A DNA stretch of 64,000 nt from Phoronis australis (lineage: Eukaryota > Animalia > Phoronida), in the NCBI GenBank assembly GCA_002633005.1, contig NMRA01000385.1, forward strand, positions 127,839 to 191,838, read 5' to 3'. The position numbers were made by a program, and so were the translations under genes. This document shows positions 12,801 to 24,800 of the stretch, piece by piece (the stretch's first letter is position 1; every line of letters begins with the position of its first letter). Below the pieces are notes generated by a model, which saw only the letters and a list, made by a program, of their open reading frames with translations, was not told the origin of the DNA and searched no databases.

Positions 12801-15800
12801 TTCGGTTAGGCCCATATTTGTCGTCGTGTAGCTGGATGCGTACGTGACTATTTGAAAGCTATTTTTCGGTGTAAGGATGTGTAGCATTCACTGTCAGTGG
12901 TCATTTTATCGGATATTTGGGTTAAAAACATGAATTATGATAAATCAAACAATCCTTCTGAAAAATAACGCAAACTTTTTTTATAGTATTATAAACTGTC
13001 GGAAATTAGTGCCAATGCTCATTTGTTGCTGATGCTTTGCTACCCGTTTTATGAACGGATAGTTCCCGACTAATGTCTTTGATGACAGGTACATGTATGT
13101 AGTGTGCGCTTCCTGGCCACGTGCTTTTAACACTGACCAAGTTTTTATTAGTCTTCGATTCGCAGTTTTCACGTGTGCAAAGAAATTTGAATTCCTCTTA
13201 TGGGCAGGAAATATCTACAGTACAATCCTGTTGTCAAGTACACTACGTACTGCATTTTGTTGAGTGCAATGGAGCTCAGAATCTAATGCAATTGTCTGGG
13301 TTGATTGAAACGTTTCTTTTCAGAGTATACAAGGTAGTGAAATCGATGTTCTTGTCTGGTACGCCTGGCACAACAGTTGAGCCCTTGGAAGCCACGTTTG
13401 GGTTCGACAACTCTACATTGGCAGATGATGAAATACCAGTTCTGCTTTATAATGACCCAGGTAAGATCTTAAAGGGTATTGTGGAAATACTTCAAAACCA
13501 ATAAAGTCTGGGTAGTTGGGTCTTACCTATAGAAGATATACACAGAAGGTGAAATTTGAGGCTTAGTAAGTGGATTTCATATAATGTGCTGGTGTTGTTT
13601 TTCTAATGCATTGTGTTGTGGCTCCCAACTTATAAACAACTAGTGACATCTCAAAACACTGGGTGACTGGAACACAATGACGGGAAACAGCACTACAGCT
13701 AACCATGAAAGCACGGGTCAGCTTCCTTCAACATGCTTTTTGGTGTGAGTATGACTATAGACCTGTCATGTAAGAATTAAAAAGAAACGAGATTCAAATC
13801 ATACAAATGCATTGAATAACTAGAGAGACTTAACAATTCTTGCGGGGGAAACATTCCCGAGGCACCCATCAATCAATCGTGCTGAACTTAAATCCCAGGT
13901 GTGCATCCTGTAGACTGCAGAATCTGCAAGATTACGCATCACTTCGTGAGATTTAGTTTATGCTCTGCAAACAAAGCTATCAATTCACTAGGTCACTAAA
14001 TTTTTTTGTCCTCGGAATGCAGCCCAAGTGTATGCATGTTTCCAAGTTTTCATTGCTGTCAGCTGTTGATAATTACAAGCTGACCACAGTAGCACAATGC
14101 ATATTAAAAATTACCATCAGCGCCATCAGCGAGTAAGTTTGGCTTTGATTAATTACTCAGCAGCAAATGGTGTAAATCAAAACTTAGTTCTTGGACAGAA
14201 TGCAGTTTTGTAATCACCTTAAGATTATGTTGAGTCCTTGAAAATTACAACCTTATCTAAATTTTGAACACTATATCTCAGAAATGGTTGTCTGGGTCCA
14301 AATGAAATTTTGAATGCAGTAACAGTTACTACACTTTGTGCTCTGTTCTCCAAAACAACATTAGGAATAAATTGTTTTTGAAATGATCTTTTTGCAAGAG
14401 GCGTACCCATACCCAATTTTTTCTGAAGAATGCCCCTAAGGCGGGACAACTCCTTTCCCCCAACATCTACCCAGTCCTCCATACTTCACACAGCTGTCAC
14501 AAGCAAGTCACAAATTCAACTTTTGGGCTAAAATTGTTACTTTAAACTGATACTTTAAATTATCTACTGAATTCAAAAGCAAATTATTAGAAATTTCATT
14601 TCTCCATTGTTTGCTTTTCTAGTCTTTTGCCTTGCTTTTACTCACAAAGTGTTGTTTAAAAGACATAAGTCTGCAGTAGTTTTCAAAATAAACTGGACCG
14701 GCTTCAACAGAACCTTGTTAAACTCTGCCAAATTTGGGTTATCTTGTTGCCAGAATCCTTCCTTGTCAGTTTAATCAGTTTATTGTGCTGCAATTAAGTT
14801 GCATTTCATGTTGAACATTTTTCGGACGTTTCTGTGCCTAGACACTAATTGTTTGTTTATGAAGGAATCTGCAAAGTTGTCGCAATTTCCACAAGGTACA
14901 TGTACTTGTAGGAACACAGCTATTATTACTGATTTAGCAAGATTTGAAACGGAATGTGGTCAAAAACAACTGAATGCTGCAGTTTTATGTACTGAATTTT
15001 GATGTTGACCACTCTGTGTTGAACACTACTGTAACGTAGATTAGCGGCCGGTACTTACTGTTTTCACATCTATTCCAGGTGATGGTGGAGGCAAGGTTAA
15101 GGAGGCATGCGAGTCTTGTCAAACATGTACTAAGAACTATCAAATGCATATTAACTGGAATCAATCAACCATCTCTGTCAAAGTATGTGCTCTTTTTGTT
15201 ATTTTTTGTTTTGGTGTAGTTATTCAGCAGTTACTGTACAGGTGGCACTGCATCTGTTTCTGGATGCACTTAGAACACCTCGGCATTAATTTGTTGCACG
15301 TTGGACCCTTTTTGTCTTGTGGCCACTTCCCAGAATAACAAAACACCCTCGAGGAATCTGTGGTATTTACACACAATGTAACACATCAGTTTTTATGGCC
15401 TGTAGTTGTGAAAGTTGAAAAACTTAGTAAGGTGTCATCAGTCAATCTTCCCTTGTCTGACTCGAAAAATTGTAAGCGGTCCTACCGTTTGAACATTATA
15501 CCAGTCAGACTATGCATTTTTCTACCTCAACAACAGAGCTAAGTCTGTTTGCCAATTTGGGGGAACGCATTTGCAACTTGACAATTAAAGAATTTCGGGG
15601 AAACCTACTTGTGTGTCGACTCACAGTCAACTCAAATCAAGTTGCGCCGCAAACAACTTCCGTACTTTGATTCTGAGTCCTAAAAATAGCAGGCCAATGT
15701 TCCATTTCATGTTTGTCACTTCCCTGAAATCACTCTTTTACCACAACAAATTGGTGTAGGGAGATCTCGTGTAGGTGCTAGAGCTTGTCGTCTGCAAGTG

Positions 15801-18800
15801 ACAATGTCAAAACGATGAATAGAAGACTATTTTGGCAGTGGCCAAAGGAAAGCAAGTGAAGTAAAATGTTAATTTGGTAATTAATGAGTTTTATATTCAT
15901 TACTCTATGCAGTTTTGCTTTATTTTGCAAGCCACAAATTGCTTAACATTTTGGACCTAAGCATCTTGCTCATCAAAATGAAATGTGTACCCCCGCAGTA
16001 ACTCGGGGATTGGGGGAATCCCTGCCAATTTTTTTAGGTCAATATCAATGAAATGCCCATGTGGCTGGCATACCCCAGCCATAATTTGGGGATAGGGAGA
16101 ACCCCTACCCAATTTATTTTAAGTCAACATTCATGAAATGCCGATGTGACTGGCATACCCTTCCCATTTTTTAAATCAACATAATGCCCATGTGGCTGGC
16201 GTATCCCCACCGTAACCCGGGGAGGGGGTGGAACCGCTGCCCAGTTTTTAATTCAAAATCAATGCTCATGGCTGGCATACCCATCGAGGATTAGGGGAAA
16301 CCTCTGCCCAAACTTTTATTTTTTTCTTATGACAAACGTCTTTTCTCATAGTACATTAGGGAAAGGACCTGTGCATAACATGAAACATACATGTTAGGTC
16401 CGTGTAACTGTATTTTTATCAGTTGTGAGGGTTGGAAAAAGAGAAAGCATTTGGCCAATAATTTTTTAAAATGGCTTAAAGTTTTTAGATGCTTTAGTCA
16501 TTTTGTCTAATACCTTTAAAAGTCTAGTGCGAGTCTAGATTTCAATAGGTCGTGTCTCATTTAAATAAAAATGAAACAAAACTAGGTCTTACTGAACATT
16601 TCATTGACCTACAACTTTTAAATGCACTGAAAACACAAAAGTGCTCTCAACTCATTTCAAATACTTACCTCATTTTTGAAACCAAATAGAATTTTGAGAT
16701 TTTATAGTTGATTGCCCCTCACTAATTTCCCAAGATTGTGGCTAATTTTGTGCCTTGGACAATGTCATCAGAATACCCTAGCCTATTCTTGTTCTTGCAC
16801 GCCCCATAAACGTGTTAAAGATAAAATTCAATTTTTGTTACTAGACCTAATGAGCACGAAATGCAATTTTTTAATATCTAAAGCAGGTATTTCACAGCGT
16901 TGCCAATTTACAATTTTCAACTAAACTTTGGCGAAATCAAATTTCAAGAATTCTTTCTTTACTTTTCTGTAAGCCATTGATACCTGTTATGAAAACAATT
17001 TGTAGTCACATGGTTAATCTCAATGGTCAACTTGTATTCATGTCTGAACATCTTTTAGCTATGCGATTCATGGACAAAGCCTGGAAGTACTTTGCCATCA
17101 AAAGCCCGGCGTAAGAGGAATGTTGCCGTTGACTTTCAGCTCAATCCTACTCAGCTGACTGTAGCAAAGGTGGCACCACAACCATTCAATGATAAACCGT
17201 ATTTGACTAATGCTCAGGTATGTAACCTATTGTCAAAATGACATCTGATTTGTTATGTAGGTGGTAACAAAGAGGAGGTCAAAGCCATGATTCATTCCAA
17301 TTTACGTCATGCGAACATTCAGTCTATGAATCATCTTTAATATTCACTAAACACTCTGATTCAACAAATTTTCCCTTTAGTAGTGAAAGAGTCAAATTGT
17401 AACAAGTGTGTCTGAGAGTTGATTAACGGATACCTACAGTAAAAAATATAAAGTCAACCTCACTGAAATTGTAAATCTTCTGAAAGTAAAAAGCATGAAG
17501 TTTTTAATGTCTAACTTTATACGTCTCTTCCATTAACTGGGACGTGACAAAACAACGCTGTCTATGATAGGGACAAGCTGTATTTGACAAAAATTTCATT
17601 ATGAAACCTCAATAGCTATACACTTTTTTAATTATCATTTTTTTGTTTTATGCTACTTTTAACGTGCTGTTCTACATTTAGCTCTTCATGAAAAAGTTGA
17701 ACATTTTCTAAACAATAGTTATTCCTAACACTGTTTTGGAAAACATTTGCATGAAGCAATGTACATTGTATTTGTAACCTTCATTAGAGTCCAATCAGTC
17801 ATTTATGAGATATGCTGTTTCGAAGTTAACTACTTTTGGGCGTTTTATGTTCGTACATAGCTCTTAGGCAACAGCTATGTTGTAGTATCTTCTCCTTTCA
17901 TACACGTATGCTTGGTACAGTCTACTTTAGCATGTTCTGCATGAATAGTGGGGTGTGATACTCTGTTCCCGCAGAATCCATTCAAAGTCTATGAAGACTT
18001 TGAGGCGAGCATCACGTTGGAATATAAAGACACAGAAGGGGACCGTGTCCAGGTCAACATCACCAACCAGCCGCCTCATGGTACCGCATCTGTAATAGGC
18101 TGTTGTACAGTGCGTTACAAGCCTTACAAGGACTTTGCCTCTGATGACATCATTAATGTGACCTTAACGGAGGTCAACATGCCTAGTGGTACGTTTATCA
18201 AATTAATGCTGCCAATGACCAATGTACTGAAGTCCAATTCTGCCAAAATATAGCAAGAGGCAGCCAGAATATCACATTAGCTTTAATTTTTTAATTTAAT
18301 GGTCAACTTGGGTTGCTTTATCTCGTCTGTTACGTTTTCTTCAAGCCTTCATAGAAAATTAAACATTAGAAAGTGTGTCACCAGTAAGTGAAACGGTTAA
18401 CTTGTAGGAGACATGAACTTTGAAAATTGTAACCTTAAATCAATATTCAAATTTTTCTCCAGGATTAGAAAATAATTAATGGTGGCAATAAACCCTTGTT
18501 GCATTGAAGAATCTAAATTTTGATTAAAGGAACTTACTGCTATGAAATTGAACCTCCTTATTCCTTGCTCAGATGGGAAGTGATTTTTGTTATTACAAGT
18601 AACTGACATCATGTTATTCCTAGCAGAGACCATGCTCAGTGAATAAAATAACACACTTTGATAACTCGGGTTGTTGAACCTTGGCTCATGCAGTAAAAAA
18701 CATCTAGTTCTTAACCGGCAGAAATTGTACTTATTTGAACTAAGGAACATTTTGTAAGCTAATTCATAATAGTAATGCTCTAAATCAAAAAATGTGGCAA

Positions 18801-21800
18801 AAGGCATGTTTATAGAACTCCTTTAAATGATAATTTGATATAATTGCAGACATTACACCCAACATGGTCTACACAAACATATCCATCCACCTGGTCAATG
18901 ACAATGATGAACCAATCCTCTACTTTGCACCTTACGACTTTGACGATCACCTCACGTATATCACAGAAGGAGGCAAAGGCTCTAATTATGATGTGAGTTG
19001 ACATGAACATAGGACGTGCTTTCTGTGTAGGATTAGAAAATGTTTCACAAAATGTTATGTGGTTCAGTTTTCGAAGAAAAAATGGTGAATTTCCCTTGTT
19101 TTTCAGAAAACTTGTCATGCGTGCATGCATGCAGTGATGTTTGTAATTTGAATTGCTCTTGTGGGGTATCTTTCATGAAAAGTGACGTCTATTATTTAAG
19201 TCAGAACTTTGACTTAAGCTCCACAAAACTACTTCTGAAAAACAATTATATCTCACTTGTCTCTGAGAATACACACATATTTTTAAGAGCTAAGTTAGTG
19301 ACAGAGGTAATTTCTAATATACAAAATTTCTAGACTGTGCTACGCTCGTCAACTAAACCTTTTTCAATAGTTGTGAAGTTTGAGCACAAGACCGAATTTA
19401 AGATTAAAGTTTTAAGTCACTCATGAAACAGGCCGGAAGTGTTGACAAGCAAAGGCAATTTTTAAGACTACAGTAGTTTTTTGCTTATTTTGGACAAAAC
19501 TTATTGCCACTAGTACATAAAAATGACTGAATCCTTGTTTCAGGTCATAGTGGAGAATGAGATCACAAGCGTCACGTTTGGTAAAGTGCTGATTTATGAT
19601 GTGGACGCCAACAATAACTTCACAATACAGATTGACGAGACTGGTCTGAATGAAACACAGTTCAAGCTGGAGACAAGAGAAGTGAAAGACTTTGAGAGTA
19701 TCAAGAAACACATTAAGATCCCCTTCACCATGTCTTATGTGACCACGTGGTATGCCGTCGAGTTCAAGGTCATTTTCCCAGAAAATTACTATGGTAACCT
19801 GACAATGGGAGTTATTGCCAAGGATCAAGATGATGTCTATTCAGGAGGTTTGTATTGTGTTTAAAATTAATGATTTTTCCAACCCAGTAAATTATCTTAT
19901 ACATTAACACTTGGTTCCAGAAATCAAGACAGTCTTCAGTAGAACATGTTTCTAACTAGAGGTAAGTGAGATCCTGCAAGTCTATAGATATCACCATGCA
20001 TTACAAACGAAGTTCAACTCACAAAAAATCTTGCATCCACGGAATGCAACCCAGGTTGTCAAAGGATATCACTGCAACATTTCATAGATAGTAGCCAAAA
20101 TGAACACAACTGAGGTGTATTTTTTCTTAATCTTTCAGTGCTGCACCATTCACTCGTTGACAAATTTTACCAAATTTGCTTTTTTGGAAACTTAAAGAAA
20201 TTTGATATTATACATAAAAAACAAAGTTTTAAAGATCTATGTTTAAGTGATGACTAATGAAAATAATGTCATAGTTTACTTTGGGGAAGGCAAATTAACT
20301 AGAACTTCATTATACTAATATGTTGAAATTATTGGTTTGATAAAAATCAGTATTGTGGGGGTTATCACCTCGAAGTGGACCTGGCTGAGTAGGCGCAGTG
20401 AGGTATGATGTGGTAGATTTGTTCTGCATGACTATTTTATTGGAGAGTGCAAGAGGTACACGAGTGTAGCTGAGTATGAATTCTACATTATATATAAAGG
20501 CTACAAGATATAACCACAAATCTAATCAAATGCATATGTATGTGTGTCATAGTTCCAACAGTAGGTCTAGGAACAGGAAGTACTACAACTGCTAGTCACT
20601 TTCCCTGGCTGCGAAAATGACCGAAAACTGCATCAAATTCTGAGATTTTCGCTGTGGAATAAACAATTAAACCCAAACACAGTAATGCAATCTGCCACAA
20701 ACATAAATTGTCTTGTAAACATAATTGTGAATAAATTGACAAGACTCAACCTCAGTAACTACAGAGCCCAATTTAATTGTGTTTCTGCTTTTTCGTTATA
20801 AAAATTTATTTTATTACAGGCGTTTACCTGAATGTTTATGTCCGTGACAACCCTTGTGTCCATGGCAACTGCTCTGGACCGCCAATGTACAAGCCTCCTT
20901 GCATCAAAGGCAACTGTAGCCTTCCTTGTAACCCTGGCAACTGTTCCATCCCCTGTAACCCAGGTAACTGTAGTATACCATGTACTCCGAAGAAATGCCC
21001 TAAGAAACCGTTATTATCTGCGGCCTGCATTCAAGGAAACTGTTCCAAAGACTGTGATTTTGGCAACTGTACAGGATGTTCTCCAAGAACTTGCCATGTT
21101 AATTGCACCATTCTGCCAGAGTGTGCTGTTTGTTTCAATGCCAGCTTGAATGGTACTTGTCCATCCAACTGCACCCTGCTTGGCTGCAACAACTGTACAC
21201 TTGGAACGTGTGATGCTTGTCATCCCGGCAACTGCACTGACTGTATCCGTGGTAATTGTACAGAAGCGCCACAGCCCCCTAAGGAGTCGTGTATCAAGGG
21301 TAACTGTTCTGCGGACTGTGACTTTGGTAACTGCACAGGTTGTATGCCACGAACATGCCATTCCAACTGTACAATCTGGCCAGAGTGTGCGCCATGCTAC
21401 GACAGTAGCTTAAACGGCAGCTGTCCTGTAAATTGTTCCAGTATTGGCTGCAACAATTGTACACTGGGTACATGCGATAGCTGTTACCCGGGCAACTGCA
21501 CAGACTGTATCCGTGGCAACTGCTCAGAGGAGTTCTGTATCAAGGGCAACTGTTCTACCAACTGTGACTTTGGTAACTGTACAGGTTGTATGCCACGAAC
21601 ATGCCATTCCAACTGTACAATCTGGCCAGAGTGTGCGCCATGCTACGACAGTAGCTTAAATGGCAGCTGTCCTGTAAATTGTTCCACTATTGGCTGCAAC
21701 AATTGTACACTGGGTACATGCGATAGCTGTTACCCGGGCAACTGCACAGACTGTATCCGTGGCAACTGCTCAGAGGAGTTCTGCATCAAGGGTAACTGTT

Positions 21801-24800
21801 CTGCCAACTGTGACTTTGGTAATTGTACTGGCTGCAGTCCAGGAACTTGCCATACCAACTGCACGGTGCTACCAGAATGTGCGCCTTGTTTCAACGCCAG
21901 CTTGAATGCCAGTTGTCCAGCCAACTGCACTGTCCTTGGCTGCCACAACTGCACCCTGGGAACGTGTGATGGCTGTTACCCTGGCAACTGCACAGATTGT
22001 GTCCGTGGCAACTGCACCGAACCGTGCGAGGAGGTGGAATGCTACCAATGTGACCCTGGCAATTGTCCTCCGCTCTGTGACCCTGGCAATTGTAAGGATC
22101 ACAACGCCACCTGTGTAAAAGACTACTGTCCTCCCGAGACTGGAGATCCTAACTGTACAACTAAGGGGCGTGCTTATGGTTTCCATGACAATGGCTACTC
22201 ATGTGCATGTGAACTAGGCTACACTGGTAAGATAACTTAAGTTGATAATTGGACATAATTTTGATATGACTCAGTTTAGATTTGTCTGAGTGACCATCTT
22301 GGAGTGGTATTGAGAGTTATGGATCTGATGGTATCTTTTTACCATAATTCAATTTTTATTCTTCACCAGTGAGACCTGATATTTGGGTGACAGACTGCGA
22401 CTGATAATTACCTGTTTTTATTCAGTGGCCCCTGGGCTGTAGGAGCTTTAAAGACAAGGTTTCATGAGAACTTTTACCTGGCAATTTTATTTTCACCTCA
22501 TTCATGGTGTACTTTTCAAATGTATAAGTTTCCACATTTAAAGGTGCACTTTCATTTCGTGTAGTTTTTCAATGAATTTGGTGAAAATGACAAAATGCTG
22601 TAAGTTTGTTGCAGTGTTTTGAGATATGTTTCTTCAGGATAAAACGTATCCAGTTGCCTAGGGTACTGATAAAAAAGAAAACATTAAAAACAGAGTTAAC
22701 AAGTTGATTTAAGAATTAATATGTAAAATTAAAATGTTACCAATGAATTCGACACCTACGTGTACTGATGAGTATAGAATTAAAGCCATTGAAATTATTA
22801 AATATTTGGTGTACAATCCGTTATTACATTGATGAAAATGATGTATCAGGCATTTTATCAGACACATTGTTTGTCACGTTAAATAAAGCCTAGGTCAACA
22901 GCAGTAAAAATAGACTTTTTTTTAAAAATCACTGCACCACATAATGGTAGAATATAAAATTGCTTTAAATTATGATTACCTGATCATTTATATGTTTATA
23001 CAAATAAGTGATAAATTAAGAATCTCAACTGCTCGAGTATGAAAAAACTGGTGATAGCTTGTTAAGAAAATATTATAAAGTAGGAATTGTGAGTCAAACA
23101 GTAGCAAAAGGTAAGATAAAACTGGACCTCAATTCTGAATTACTTTTTGTCAATTTTTACCAGAGGAACTCGCCCCATAAAACAATCAGGATAAATTACA
23201 AGGGCATGGAAACAGGCGACTTGAACCCACCCATTCAATAGTGGCACTAACCCGTCTTACAACAAATTTCATTGATATAAATAGTATTTTACAACCAGCA
23301 GTAACACTGTGTTTTGAAACAATTTGGGTGAGCCTTGCAAAAATGTAAGTGATATGGGCACAACAAAATCAACGTTTACAAGATTTTTGGACTCATAATT
23401 TGCCCCAAAATTGCTCATTTTTGGTCAATAGCAATGTTCCAGTATTTCAATAGAATACAAATACAATGATGTTGCTTGAACATTGATTTTTGTTATTAGT
23501 TAGTGTAGTATTCATTTGGCACCTTTCATTTATTCAATACAAGTGAAAATGTTCAAGGCAAAATGTATTTATGTTCGAAGTATGTCCCGAAAATAACAGA
23601 GGCGTTGCAAGCTCCGTTTCCAGAGATAAAAAGGAGACTGTGTTTAGGCAATATAAGGTCATTTATTACGACTGAAATATGAGTGTACAGATAACATAAA
23701 GCTAAAATAATAATCTCTGGAAAGGTGGGCAATAAAGAGCGCATTACTCAGGTAAGAGGAACCACTGAAAAGAGAGGGTTTGAAAATTTAAAGAGAGATT
23801 AAACTCGAACGTAAGTGCTGCTAAAGTGAAGTAATGATGGCTGGAAATATATGTTTATGGAGAACAAAAAGTTAGCTCCATGACACATGATAATCATCAG
23901 CCTATTTGAGCCAGGAGCTGACAAAACTCATGGCACGTGACAGAAATGAACCAATAGTGAGGCTGGAAATGGAATGTCCTAGTGCCTCGTGTGCAGGACT
24001 GCATGCAAATCTACACAAAGGATTAATACAGCTGTCCGAAAGAGGGGGTATAAGTGAAACAAGTCCATATTCTCACATTAAATATATTTAATGAGTGAAA
24101 TAGCATTTTCGTGATGTTTTGCTTAAAATGCGTTTCGGTAATGAATTCAATTTTTGAAGTGGCTAGGTAAAATGCACACCAATAAAACTCTCTGCGAGGT
24201 TTGATAAAAGCTGATGCAGTTCTATTGAATAATACTGTTGTCATACTTGATGTATGTGTTATAATAAAAGTATTGGTATCAAACAATCACAGTTGTGTTA
24301 GACACATGCTGGTATAAATCGCAATTACGTGAGTCCAAAATCCTTTTTAGGAATACTTTATTTTGTCATACCAGAAAAAGTAAATTGCCAGGCGAAAGTG
24401 CTCATGGAATGTATCTATTTGTATACTCAGAGTTGACTTGTTCACCACTGGAGTTGTTGGATGATGAAAAGTCATCAAAATTATGATCAAAAGTATAGTT
24501 GCTCCCTGAACGTCTACACAAATCTTGGATGTTTACATGGTGACTAACATTGAAAAAATTTGATAATTCACTCGCAATTTTATGATATATCACTACTATG
24601 TGATTGTTGTGAGCACAGATGCATTGATATATCTTCACAGAAGTGACATCTTTCAAATTTTTGCAGTACTGTGACTCATACAGTCATATGCAGCCTCTGC
24701 CTCTCATGTGGCTTAGTGTGTACTAGGAAGAATGATTCAGGGGCAGCTACATGATGTACAAAACTTAAAAATGAATGAAATTATAATTGCAGAAAATTGA

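Noticed and set aside
14225-14482. 85-aa minus-strand ORF
   Set aside because: No recognisable motif or splice structure; looks like intronic repeat-derived sequence.
20832-22186. Multiple overlapping alternative-frame and antisense ORFs
   Set aside because: Shadows of the repetitive Cys-rich exon.
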